The translations under genes were made by a program, and so were the position numbers. Under the pieces are notes generated by a model. That model saw nothing but the letters and a program-made list of their open reading frames with translations. It searched no databases and had not been told where the DNA came from. From Callorhinchus milii (lineage: Eukaryota), in assembly GCF_018977255.1 (NCBI RefSeq), contig NW_024704742.1, forward strand, positions 31,002,001 through 31,066,000: a stretch of 64,000 bases of DNA, given 5' to 3'. Positions 37,602-53,300 of this stretch are shown here, one piece after another (the first letter of the stretch is position 1; the number at the start of each line of letters is the position of its first letter).

Positions 37602-37980
37602 GGAGTGCTGTAGCTTAGTGGTTAGAGCACTCGCTTCGCAAGCGAGAGGATCTGGGTTTGATTTCTGGGCAGGATGAAATGTTAGGCAAATTTCCTTACT
37701 CCATACATCTCTGTTTACCGAGCAGTAAGTAAGAACCCTGTTATCAGTTGATTGGCGGATCGCTTTCCAAGGGTAACAAAGACTTCAAAAAAGTAAATAA
37801 ATAAAAATAATAAAATGTGGTCACTCAATCCCTGACTGTTTGGGGAACACTAATGTGGATAATTGGCTGCTGCGTTTTGCCCACAAAATACACAGCCAAT
37901 TCACTTTACAGTATATTCTGTGAAGTGCTTTTAGACATCTCAATAAGGCGCTATATCAGATGCAAGGAATATTATTATTA
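37602..37980 (+). mobile_element. tRNA-headed SINE, full length
   Basis: A/B boxes, body and TTA tail collinear with 17003-17360. Confidence 0.82.
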
Positions 37981-39834
37981 ACTGAGTTATTCCCCTAATT
38001 TACACATTTAGCATGGAAGGGATATCTGATAGGTTTTTTCTGTTTCTTGATTAGAGTTGATGAGTTAACCAGGTTCAGGAACAACACCATATTTTGCAAT
38101 ATGGAGGACCAGTGGTGGCAAAGAGGCCAGTGGAGTTGGCTTTCCTCCAGAGAGGTTTAAAGATGTGCGGAGAATGGCCAGCCCACTTGGAGCAGATACA
38201 TTTCTGAGGTTACGCTAGAGGAGGCAAATTGGGGCACGGCACAGTCTCAATGCGAGTCACTCCTGAAAAGATAACCACCGTTTACTATTGTTTGTTTCAA
38301 TTAGATGTGTATACAATGGATGGATACATCTAAAAGCTGTCTCTCCTCTTAATTACCTGTCATATAATTCCTGCTTTGTTTCGCACTGCACTGCAGCACA
38401 GTTAACCATTGGAATGTGCTTCTCGGGATTCACAGCATTTCAGACTGCGTTATCAACACGGGTGGAAAACAACCACCGTCACTGCTCAGCACTTGTGGGT
38501 TTGTAGCCAGCGCTGTCACTAGGCTGGCCACGTGTGTGTAAAGGGTAGCCAAAGGCACGGTCGAAGAGGAGGGTCTTGAGACATGCCTTGAAGGAGGCAA
38601 GGGAGGGAGCGAGGTGGAGGGAATGTGGGACGGAGCTCAAGCGGGTGGAGGCAGAAAGGCGGAATGGTCAGGATCCATTACCTACCCTCCTTATAAGTGA
38701 TGCAGCACTTGATTGCAGAGCAACAAGATTTGTACAGCAGTAAGGTTTGCATATTCTAGACATTCTGATGTGTCAGAAATTTGGGTATTGACCTGGATGA
38801 GAATGTTTCATTCACAAAAGTTTGTTTATATCACAGTTTAGAGAGTCTACATGGTTGCATTTAATGACCCATGGTCACTGAACTGTGACATAAACGAACA
38901 GTTCACTGACCCTGCATTCTCTGAAAGTCTCTGTGGCTGATTTCGGCCACCTTTAAAGTTCTCCCATTTCTCATTTCCACAATTACATGTTTTTCAGAAG
39001 TTCTCCTTTTGCATTACTGGGGGTATGTAATGTTCGCTTCTGTTATTAAAGTTGTCAAAAACATTGAAATAATGTATCTCCACATCCGCTAGCTACATTC
39101 TATTACATTCCAACATTTACACTTCAATGTAGCTTCCCGTTGCATGTTTGTAATCTTAGATCCAGTGGATACATTTCTAAGGCTGACACTGCAACATGGG
39201 TGACAGGAGACATGCTATTCAGCTTTCCGCCGTTGCTTCTAATCTTAACCAGTCTACCAGGACTATGCTGATATGCTAGTATGAGAGAGGATGGCTACAG
39301 CATTCACCTCCAAATACACAGTCACTGCAATCTGAAGAAACTTTGTAAATTGCTTTGAGATGTTCAATGTTATAAATAACACATCTAGTGCAACAATTAA
39401 TATTATTATTAGAACAGGACTTAATTTGCATGTCGTTTTATTTCTAAGCACAAGTGGACAAATGTCCACCATTAGCTGTTAGGCCAGGAGACTGACAGTC
39501 TTCCAGCCCTGATTTTAAAATCTATGTACTGAATTTATCGCAGCAAATGTCTACAAATCCATTTCTCAATTCCAACAACATCCATCCAAAGTCACACAAA
39601 GCTGCATCTTCACAACCCTGGCATAGGCTTGTCTGCTGGACAGGAAACCTATATGGCTGGGTTTACACCCTGATAAATTGACGTTCGGGTTCACCTGATA
39701 ATTTGCCCCTAGAATTGCACACTCTTCTTTTTTTTCAAAACCTCTAATATAGAAGAAATTTTATTGGGAGAAAATGTACAGCACACCACAAGAATTAAGT
39801 TCAATTAAGAATTAAGTTCCCCCAACTTAGTTCC

Positions 39835-42321
<2,487 letters not shown>

Positions 42322-42589
42322 TTTCCAATCCAAACTGTATACAAAGGTTTCAATATATATATATAATCAATACGAAATGGCTGTAATGTTGATGACTTGA
42401 GCTCAATTTGTGCACAGGTTACGGATTGGATAAAACAGTTGCTCATTCATGTTACACTCAATCTGAAAGTGTGTTCATCTAGAAATACAGTCACTACACT
42501 TTACAGAAATGTTGTGAAATCCTTTGAGACGTTCTTGATGTGACAAGCACTGTATCAAATACAGAGATTATTCTTATTAAAACTTTGAT

Positions 42590-42900
42590 TTAGCATCAGC
42601 TAACAGGGGGGGGGTGTTGCATTGTCAAAGATGCCGTCCTTCGGATGAAATGTTACAAACTAATGTCCCATCTGCCAGTTCAGGTGGATGTTAATGATCC
42701 CATGGCACTATTCGAAAAGAGAAGTTTCTCCCTGGTGACCTGGCGAACAAAACAAAGTTGTTTGTGGGACATAGCTGTACACAATTGTCCTGTCATGTTT
42801 TCCCACAAATACACAGTCACTTCAATTCACAGTGAATCCTGTAAAGTGGTTTGAGTTGTCCTTAAATATGATAAGATATACTAAATGCAAGGATTATTAT
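42590..42900 (+). mobile_element. Deu-domain SINE, partial
   Basis: gatgccgtccttcggatgaaatgttac...caggtggatgttaatgatcccatggcactattcgaa...caaggattattatt. Confidence 0.7.
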
Positions 42901-43769
42901 TGTCATTATAATTTAGTGTACACTTCATTTCCAACATGATAGAAAACACAAGACTGGCTGACATTATGCACAGTACTAAGAATCACCTACAAACATTCAC
43001 TGCACTTTCCAGACACTTTTGTGAAGCACTTCAAGATCTATTATGACAACAGGATTTAAAACTTGATATTTGGAAGCAAATAACAATTTTGATTTGCAAA
43101 TAAGTTTGCACTCTTGCTATGAAATCTCCCGTGGGGATACATGGATGTGAGCTCTCTCTAAATGATAGCTGATATTAATTAGTAAATGCTCCTGAGCAGC
43201 GCGGACAGCAACACAAGTCCTCGTTTGCCCACAAAACCGTCCCTCCGCTTTACTGTATAGCCTGCGGACCATTTTTTGGGACTTTGTCCTGATGTGAAAG
43301 GCGCCCAACCAAATGTAAGGATTATTATTATTATTATTATTATTATTATAAAAAAGCATGTGAGTGCATTATTGCCTTCCTCCAGACCTAGCCAGGACAC
43401 ATACACACTGTAAACTATCACTGACTCCAGCAGTAAAGAACCAACAAACCTCAAACATATAGAAAATCACTGACACTTGGCTTAATGTTAAATGTTTTTT
43501 TTAAAAAAATCACATGAATCATATTTTTTTAAAAAACAGTCCATCCATCAATAACACTTAACTCCAAAGAATACCAAATCAGAACGTTAGGAAAAAAAAA
43601 CGCTCAAAACGCCCTTCAAATAAAATGCGTTAAAATCGCATTAAAACTGTTAAAACCTCAACCAAAAAAAGCATTTTTTTAAAAAAAAAAATTTTTTTTT
43701 TGTTTTGTTTTCTTTTTTTTAAAAAAAGAGTCAAACTACAATTGCAATGACATTTGAATGTCGTTTTTT

Positions 43770-43930
43770 TCTGCGGTCGAATGGGAAGCCTCTGAAAGCG
43801 GCCGTGGACGAGCACTCTCACCGACCTGGTGTCACTTTGTCAGCCGGCGGAGGGAGCTCTGTGAGCGGCCGGCGGCTCAGCCTGGGGTCGGTGGGAGGCT
43901 GAGAGGCTCGGCCTCTGTCACGCACCTTGG
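43770..43930 (-). promoter_or_regulatory. POMK: POMK CpG-rich promoter and probable non-coding first exon (donor CG|gtgaga at 43822/43821)
   Basis: Local CpG cluster ~1.5 kb upstream of the first coding exon, with a consensus-like donor. Confidence 0.55.
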
Positions 43931-44006
43931 AGATTGCACCTCCACAACAAGCAGCCTGTGCACATGCATGCTCCTATGCACATGCATGCACAACCAGCCT
44001 TGTGCA

Positions 44007-44076
44007 TGCACACACACACACACACACACACTGGATCTTCACACCCCTCAAACACACACACACACACACACACACA
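44007..44076. repeat. Two (CA)n microsatellites upstream of POMK
   Basis: Directly visible. Confidence 0.9.
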
Positions 44077-44719
44077 CCAGCACCTCCTCCACTGCACAGC
44101 AATCCCGACTGCCAGCTCCACAGCGACGCCTGGTCCCCCTACATCGCCTCCCACGTTGCCACACATTGCAATCATAAAACCTACCCACAGGATCAATATT
44201 TCATGCTCAAAGCAAAGCGTAAAAATACTTTGTATATTACCTGGATGCTGTGTCCACACACGGTGTGCATATTTGCACATGCAAGATACATACCTGCGCC
44301 TGTGTAATTAGAATTATTGATGCATGCGATGAGCTTTTGCAATATTTTTTATTTGCACACAGAAAGTGCATACGCTGTACATCTTTACACAGATGTGTGG
44401 GGAGTATGAGTGGTGAATAGGCGAAGGAGAATTCAAGAGGGCTAAGCGAAATAATCCACAAAGAGATCATTTTTTTTAAAAAAGGGTTTCAGCAAAAGGA
44501 TTTTGGGAGACAAGATCAGGCAAGATATTTCAGTACTGGGCTTCACTTTGAGGGTAATAGATGATATTCACTTACCTCTAAACAATCTGAGTTTTAGCAG
44601 TCACATTGCGGGAGACCAGCACCTAACCAGTAACTACTTACTATAAAATATTCAAATCAAAAATGATTTAAAACTCTGCAAGAGCTGATCTGCAAATTAC
44701 ACAGATCTAGACGCAAATT

Positions 44720-44970
44720 TGAAAAAATTGTATGGGAACTTGGATGGGTTGGCTAGATGGATCAATATTTTCCTGCCTGAAATTGTTACTGTGTTGTGGT
44801 GTGGTGGTTGAGGCGAAATCCATATTAGCTTTTAAGAGGGAATTAGATAGAGCTCTAAACAAGAGTAATTTGCAGGCATTTGGGGAAATGACAGGTAAAT
44901 GGGACTGAATGGATTGCTCTTTTAACAAGCCAGCAAAGGCATGGTGGGCTTCTTCTGTGCTGTAAATATC
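44720..44970 (+). mobile_element. Decayed CR1 3' end
   Basis: gtggttgaggcgaaatccatattagcttttaagagggaattagatag...cttctgtgctgtaaat. Confidence 0.55.
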
Positions 44971-45924
44971 AATGTACGATCAATCTGTTCAGCACACTGT
45001 CTGCCTTGTGTCTTCTTGGAATCCTCTCTGGTTGCGCGCAATCGTTCAGGTGACTCAGAGATGGAGATGGACTTTTCAGCAGGATCAGAACCAAAATAAT
45101 CTAGGCCCAAAAGAATCACACTTGCACACCCCAAAACAACACTCTACTAACGAAGGTTATCACTTGAAGCCCCATTTTGGAGAAGTCTTTGTACATCAGA
45201 AGACAAAAGGTGTAAGTTTGGCTCTAGAAGGGCTTCATGAAGTTCAACATGAGTTTTAAACCCATTAACCAGAGACCGAGGAGGAGTCAGCCAAGAGTGG
45301 TCTTATTTACATGGGAATCCTCAGGTATCAAACAACGTACTTCACGTAATCAGCAAAGTACACAGCAGTGTCTTCATATGGGGACTAAAAACATCATGTG
45401 GGACAGTAAAAACCCAGAGAGAATATCCCTTCCTGTGAGTTAATCATGGATCAATGAAATAGTCCTCAGCAGACATTGTCGATCTGTTATCGGTTGATGG
45501 CGGAAGTGGCAAAGAGTAGCCATTTGAATCATTTTATTTTATGTGTTCTCCCATTTTAACACTCTCCCCCATCATTCACAGCTGGGAGAGCAGGCAGACA
45601 ATACGGTCTAGGTCTCCAACCAGTGTCATTTAGACTCTGTATTCATAAAATGCCTCATCACCTGAAGCCCATAGTCTTAAAGTTCAAGGTCATCCAGAAT
45701 GCTAGAATTTTTTCCAAGTCTTAATTTGAAAGCCGTTTTTCTGCAGTTTTTTTTACTGAATTTAAGAATCTTCCAGTCGTCTTACAGCAACAAGCATAAG
45801 CCATTTCCAGCTTCTGATATCCATTTGCCACTTCCCCAGACTGCATCCTACAATCTGAAGTAAGCACGTGAAAATGGAAAGTGTAAATCAATGTATGAAT
45901 ACAAAAAGATCAAAAACATCTTAC

Positions 45925-46295
45925 ACATATATAGCGCCCCTCATGCAGGGTAGCGTCTCGGAGCGCTTGACAGTGGCTGAGCACGATACTGAGCCGGGGG
46001 GGGGGATAGGGAGGTGACTTGTAGGCACAATTGAACAGGAAGGTCTTCAGGTGCAATCTAAAGATGGGGAAAGAAGGGGCCAGGCAGAGGGATAGAGGAT
46101 GAGTGTTCCAGTTTCAGGGCATAGTGGCTGAAAGCACGGCCCCCAACGGTGGAACAGAGAGCACGAGGGACATGCAGGAGGCCAGAGCCAATCGAGCAGA
46201 GGCAGCGGGTAGTGGATTGGGGAGTGAGCAAGGAGAGGTAGGGAGCTACCAAGCAATGAAGGAATTTGAAAACGAGTGTGAGGATCTTGAAATCG
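45925..46295 (-). mobile_element. L2 LINE 3' fragment
   Basis: Homologous to 9893-10138; [15 protein letters not shown] frame. Confidence 0.7.
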
Positions 46296-47128
46296 ATTAT
46301 TTAGTACTTAATACTATTAAAGGGAATCGATAAATATTTGACAATAATAATCCTTACATTTGACACAGTGACTTTCATGTCAGGACATCTCAAAGTACTT
46401 CCCATGATTTACTGTAAAATGCAGGGACTGTTTGCAAATACCTTTTTCCCAGTTAAAATTTGGGGAAAACGCAGGTAAGTGGAACTAATTGGATAGCTCT
46501 TTCAGAGAGTCAACACAGACACAAAAGTCCTCCTTGTTTGGGGGAATTTCTATGATTCTAAGATAACCAGGAGCAGTTACCAAATGACCAAAACAATTGG
46601 GTCAGTATAAATGTCTCTTTAATTATATTACAAGAATGCACAATTTATTCACGCACTTTCACAAAAGCTGGCGTCAGCAATCGCCCGTTAAAAACTGTAC
46701 AGTACTTTTATTTCAGTCTTCTTATGTGAATGTTTTAATTGGAATTATGACAGCTATAAAATCCAAGTGGCAAGCATATCATTACAGCTTAAATATATTT
46801 CAATCTCTCTCCCCTTACCATCAAGTCAATAAAGCAAACAGAACTCATTCAGCTTCCTCTCCGTTTATTTTGTATGTATACATTCAGAAGCAAACAAAGT
46901 GACCAAATGTGGTTTTACAGTTGTTACTTAGTCCAGTCTTCGTGCTACAAAAATAATAATATTTACAAAAAGGTAACAGAATGTTTAGCAAATTGCACAT
47001 ACAGGATTGGTAAGTAGCTGATGTTGAGAGAAGCTTAAATATGAATGTTAACAACTCCATCAAAAAACATATTGATCACAATTTTGTTCGCTCTCCATAC
47101 CGGGTAATGCAGACTACAGCAATGGTCT

Positions 47129-47353
47129 TTAGTTATTATAGCTATGTTCAAGAGGTAGGTCCTTTTCAGTTGACTCACTGTCTGCTTTTTCAGTAGACTC
47201 AATGTCCTCCTTTTCAATTGGCTCAATATCCTCCTTTTCAATTGGTTCAATATCCTCTTTATTAGCGCCATACTTGATTTTCAGGCTTCGACCAAAGTAT
47301 TTCCAGTATTCCTGGCGGATGGTATCTTTTGATGTAGCCAACAAGTCACACAG
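47129..47353 (-). CDS. FNTA: FNTA exon 9
   Basis: [24 protein letters not shown] plus acidic repeat tail; 225 nt. Confidence 0.94.
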   Translation of the reverse strand: MCDLLATSKDTIRQEYWKYFGRSLKIKYGANKEDIEPIEKEDIEPIEKEDIESTEKADSESTEKDLPLEHSYNN

Positions 47354-50300
47354 CTGCGAGGGATGGAAAAACAAATTGGTTAAAAGCAAAATGCATTTGT
47401 TTCCACTGGTCAACGAGTATGTAACCGGAAGGCATGAATTTAAGATTATTACTACACCCCCCCTCAAAAAAAAACAAGGGTAAGGTTAGGAGAAAAGAGA
47501 TCTTTAATTTTATACAGAGTTATAAGGACATGAAATATTTCTTCCTGTATTTGGTCTAGTGCATTACAGGAGAATCCCTCCACTCCTCTGCACCCCTCCT
47601 ACCTCTCTGACCTCCTCTCTCCTCAAAACAGTGCCCGTTGCCTTCGCTCCACCAGGCCTGGTTTCCTCCTTGTCCCCACTCCAACCTCGGCGGCCGTGCT
47701 TTCAGCCACTATGCCCCAAGGCTCTGGAATTCCCTTCCTCACTCCCTTCGTCTCGCTCCCTCTCTTCCTATTTTTAGGTCTCGGCTGAAGACCTTTCTTT
47801 TCGACCGCGCCTTTGGTCACCTTCCCCCCCCTCCCCGTGGCTCGGCCCCGGGATCCGTTACTATGAAGCGTTCTGAGACGCCGTCTGGCGTGGATGGCAC
47901 TATATAAATCCAAGTTGTTGTTGAATGTCTCAAAGCGCTTCACAGAATTTATTGTACTGCAGTAACTGTATTTTGTAGGTAAACATAGCAGCCAATTTTG
48001 CACACAGCAGCAGCAGCCATGAAGTGAATGAACAATTTTATCTTGCTAGGACACCAGGAGAAATTCCTTCTTTTTTCAAACAGTGCCATGGGATTTGTAA
48101 GGTCCACATGAAACGCAGTCAAAACCTCAGTTTAACATTTCACCCAAAACATGGCTTCTCGAGCAATGCAGCATTCACCCAGCATGGCATTGGAGCAGCA
48201 GCCTAAACAATGTCAGTTGGAAGTCCGAACATGGGGTTTGAACTCAAAACTTTGATTCAGAAGCGAGAGTCTACCAATTGAGCTGGACTGATGTCTGTGA
48301 CCAATCACAAAGTAATATTATTGGATTCAAAGAGTAAACTGTCAGTGATGTACCTCCAGTGCTTTGGCTAGAATCTCCTCCTTGTTCTCACAGTTGTTCT
48401 CTAAAAAGTCTTCGTACATGTCCACCAGGAAAGCGAATAAGTAAGGGGAACTAGTCATCTGCTGCAGTTCCAGGATTTGATTCAACAGTTGAGGGTACGT
48501 GGATAGACAGAGATCATGCAGAATTCTGGGGGAGGGAGAAAGAAGGTCAATCAGGGTTGATTTCTCAAATTATAAAGTGAATTCCAAAATAAAATTCAGA
48601 ATAACAGTTAAACAATAATCCTTGCATCTGACACAGCACCTTATCACATCATCGTGATGTCTCAAAGCGCTTCACAGAGAATATTGTAAAGTGAATTGAC
48701 TGTAAATTTTTTGGACGAAATGTGGCAGCCAATTGCGTACAGCAGTGTCCCACAAACAGTCATGGAGTAAATGACCAATTTGTTTTTTGGAGGGGCAGGG
48801 GTTATTACCCTTGAAAAGCGATCTGCCAATTGTTGATTGACAAACAACTGGGTTCCTACTTCCTGCTACGTAAACTGAGGCGTGTGGAGTAAGGAAACTT
48901 TGCCTAATGTTTCGCCTCAGCCGGGAATCACACTCGGGTCCTCTCGCTTGTGAGGCGAGAGTGCTATGCTACGGGACTTCTCAATAAAAATCCCAAGAAG
49001 CATTGCTGTCAGCATTTTGTCCAACTCCAAAAAGAAAGCCTGTCTCATCAGAAGTGTGGACTGATGGCCCGTGGAACTGACCGGCCAGATGTACTCTAAT
49101 GTTATTTTACAGTCCTTTACATTCCTATGTTCTCACGGTGGCAAGATTAAAACTAACCTCTTTCCTACATATAAACTAAGATTGATTACTGAACAATATT
49201 CTCCACTTATCACTAGACTCTATGAAGATCATTGCTGATTATTAAAAACGCTCACCAAGTTCAGAAATAAATTCAAAGTGGTAAATTCAATTCCCCCTTA
49301 TGCACGTTTCATGCAGGATACTTTTATGACCCGAAAAGCACCACAATGTTAACAGGTATATCAGCTTATAATTCTAAAAAGAAAATAAACTTACCCTCTC
49401 AAGTAACTCCAAGCACTTTCATTATGAGGAGCTTTTTTTATTAACTTCAAGGTGTACCTGCAAAGTAAGATATATCTATAAGAGGCAAAGTAATTAATAA
49501 TACGTTCATTTGATAGAGTGCTCTATTGCGTTGGTCAGACATCTCATAGCACTTCACAGGACTTTCATCCTGAATTGTATTTCGTAGGCAAACATAAACA
49601 ACCAATTTGCACACTGTAAAGTCCCACAAGGAGCCTTAAAGTGAATGACCAATTTTATCTGGTGGATTGTTGGCCAGGACACTGGAATAAACACCTTTCT
49701 CCATTCAAGTTGTGCCATGGGACCTTTAATGTCCACGTGAACAGGCAGTTGAAATGTCATATAGCAGCAGGAAGGAAATTCAATGGGAAAAAATAATTGA
49801 ACACTCTATATTTTAAACAGAAAAAGGTCCTCCGGGCTTATTTGATCTCAGTCTTCCAGAATACAGACCCTACTGTCTTCCCATCAGCAAGGTTCCTAAA
49901 TGAATCCCGAGTTCTGGGCTCAGCCACCTTTCCTGGTAACCCATTTCAGCCGCTGATTTACAATTACAATCGGAGATGATGGGGCAGTTAGTAAAAACAG
50001 GAAATATTATGCAACTTGGCCCACAATCTCCTGTGCGAAAGGCTGAAATTGAGTCTATTCAGCAATGTGGTGGCAAAGCACACTGAATCATTTTAGCCTG
50101 AGCTGAGTTCATAGCTGAGCAGCTACGTGCCTATGACAGGACATGGGGAAGGAGGGAGCAAGGAGGTGGGAAGCGGGTGGGCGGAAAAGAGAGAGAAAAC
50201 TGGAGGGGAAAAAAATTGGGAGCCTCTATTAAACAACACTCCTTACACTTGTCAAAGAATAGCAGGTTTCGAGCTGGCCAGCCAGCCCAATGAGTGGGAT

Positions 50301-53300
50301 TCCAGCAAGTTTAGGACATACACCAGGAAGAAAATGGAATCAAGCGCTCCGGGATGCTAGCCAATGTGAAGCCACTATGTAAATGCAAATTGTTGTTGTA
50401 ATCAGCACCTGGAATGGGTTAACAGGAAAGGTGGCCCAACCCAGGACATTAGACTCATTTAGGAACGGTCTAATGGGAAGGCGATAGGGTTAGTATTCTG
50501 GAAGACTGAGATCAAATAAGGTCAGAGTCTTTTTCTGTGTCTTTTTTCTTAAAAATTGGAGTGTGCACAGTTTGTTTTGTCTAACTTTCTTCCCACTGCC
50601 ATATGCCCGGGTAAAGAAAAAAGAAATGCCAGGCATGCAATACAAAGCAAGGAAAACGTGACACACTTAATGCAGTGGTGCACCACAATAATGCAACGTT
50701 TTCAATGAGGCAATTGATCATCGATTGTCCCAATTAAACACTGCTAGACATTGGTTAGATAACTGACAGGGAACTGGAGTGGTAGATGCTTTCAGTGGAA
50801 ATGTTAAACTACCTCTTGTTTCAAATATCCATTAGATGCCACTGACATATGTCTGACTTTTTTGTCTTTTTAAAACAAGTCTGCTCGTTCCACTTAAATT
50901 AAACGAGTCTCTAGGGCTCCATGGAGAAGCTCTTCAGCTGAAAGGCTATTTTTCCCAAAGGTGACCTTTCAATATGAAAGGATGAAGTAATACAACTTTA
51001 CATTCTAAATGTACTCTGCCTACCTTGCCTTCCTATCCCCACATTTGTTTTCTATGTATTTGAGTTGAAGGGTATATCCCGCATAGTGACACATTAACAG
51101 ATTGCTCTCAATGAAGTACAATCACCAGTAGATTCAGTGAGAGGGCTGCGGAGTCTAGCTTGAAGTAATGAACAGCAGGAATGGTTACCGAGTAGGAATA
51201 GTTGAGGCCAGGGCATTGTACTTGTTTAAGAAACAACATTAGAAGATCGGTTTGGATGAAGAAGACCCTTCGGCTCACTTGCTCATATCCTTCCAGAATA
51301 GCTATCCAACGGTCTTCCCAGTTTAATAATAATCCTTGAATTTGATATAGCGCCTTATCACATGTTCGAGAAATCTCAAAGCGCTTCACGGAATATACTG
51401 TAAAGTGAATTGATTGTATATTTTGTGGGCGAAATGCAGCAGCCAATTGCGCACAGCAGTTTCTCACAAACAGACATGGATTGAGTGACCAATTTATTAT
51501 TATTATTTGTGAAGAAATTATTACCCCGGAAAAGCGATTCATCAATCGACTAAGAACCGGGTCCCTACTTACTGTTAGGTAAACGGACGCGTATGGAGTA
51601 ACAAAACTTGCCCAACGTTTCGCCCTGAGGTCTTCCCAGTTTGATAATGAAAAGGGATGTGGTAGGGATAGGTGTTCTGGAAGGATCTGATTAATTGGTC
51701 CGAATGCTTGAATCTCCCTTGTGAGGGAGAAGCAGTCCCTTACACCTCAACGCTGCTCCTCTCAACAGTGAACCACTATTGGTACAGACTATGAACTCCG
51801 CCACCTCACCCTGAGAAAATACAGGCGTCTTGAGTAGCCAGAAGGCTGGGATGCAACAAGACCCTTTAATTACTAATAAAATGTAAAAGCAGCGGAAGAC
51901 TAACTGGACTTCTTGGTCAAGGACTTCGGGGTCTCTGTAGCCCGTGGTGTTTGAGATGACGAAGTAACGCTGGTTCCATGCTGAATTGTTCCGCACATCT
52001 TTCTCCAGGAGCTGATCCACATAGTCCAGCTCATTGTCCCACAGCTTGTATTCCTGTACAATACAAGAGGCAGGAACAGTCAGCATTTTGCACAATATTG
52101 CACTGGCATACTAATATCTGCGTTTGATCCAGCTTTTTTCATGTTGAGAATATGTACATAGACCTTTACAGGACAAACAATAAAGTAGATTGACTGTGTG
52201 TAGCAGTCAAGCTGCGTCCATTGATATCCCACAAACAGACATGAAATGGGTGATCAATTTTTTACTTGTAATGACCCTTGCACTTGATATAGCACCTTAT
52301 CACATCGAGACATCTCCAAGCGCTTAACAGAATATTCTGTAAAGTGGAGTGACAATGTATTTTGTGGGTGAAACATGGCAGCCAATTGCACACAGCAGTG
52401 TCCCACAAACAGTCGTGGATTGAGTGACCAAATTATTATTCATTTATTTAAAGAGATTATTACCCCGGAAAAGTGATCCACCAATCAACTAACAACCGGA
52501 TTCCTACTTACTGCTAGGTAAACAGAGACATATGGAAAGAGTAAGGAAACTTGGCTAAGTTTTCGCCCTGCCCGGGAATAGAACCCGGCTCCTCTCGCTT
52601 GCAGGGCGAATGCTCTAACTAGTACACTACAATACAATCCTGTGAAGCTCTTTGAGATGAAGACAGCATGGCCGGTGCTATATCAAATGCACGTATGATT
52701 ATTATTATTGAACCACTATCAATTCTGAAATCCTGAACTGCCCATCAATTCTTTTACAGCTCTCAAGAATTTGCAACCAAAACTTCAGGTATCTAATTTG
52801 ATTACCTGGAGCTAAAATATTTGTATGGTTTAGGTATGCTCAGTAAATGAGAAAGATAGCCCAGATCTTAAGTGATCGGTTATCTCCAATGCAATGGGTT
52901 CAAAGAAGAAAGAAGCGCTTACTGTACCTTAATTACCCATTGCCTGTGTTGCCAGGCATGGTAGTTCTTTGCATCTTGTTTGAGGATCCCAGAAGTAAAG
53001 TCAAGTTCCTGTGAAGGGTCTTTCAACCATTCTACAATCTTCTGTCTGTGATACCTGGCAACCAACACGTAAGTTAGAAAGTGTTCTTTTTTTCTCCCAT
53101 TTAATAAGCTGGTATCATTAACATGGCAAAGCAACTTTTTTTTTAATATACCAGACTTGATAGTTTTTGGGCTGCTCCTCAATAATATCCGAGATGTAAA
53201 TCAATTCTGTTTCCAGATCCTTGTTCAAAGATTGCAAGAGAACTCGACGGTAATGCCTGAGGGGAGAATTATATATTAATGTATAAAATTCACACACACC

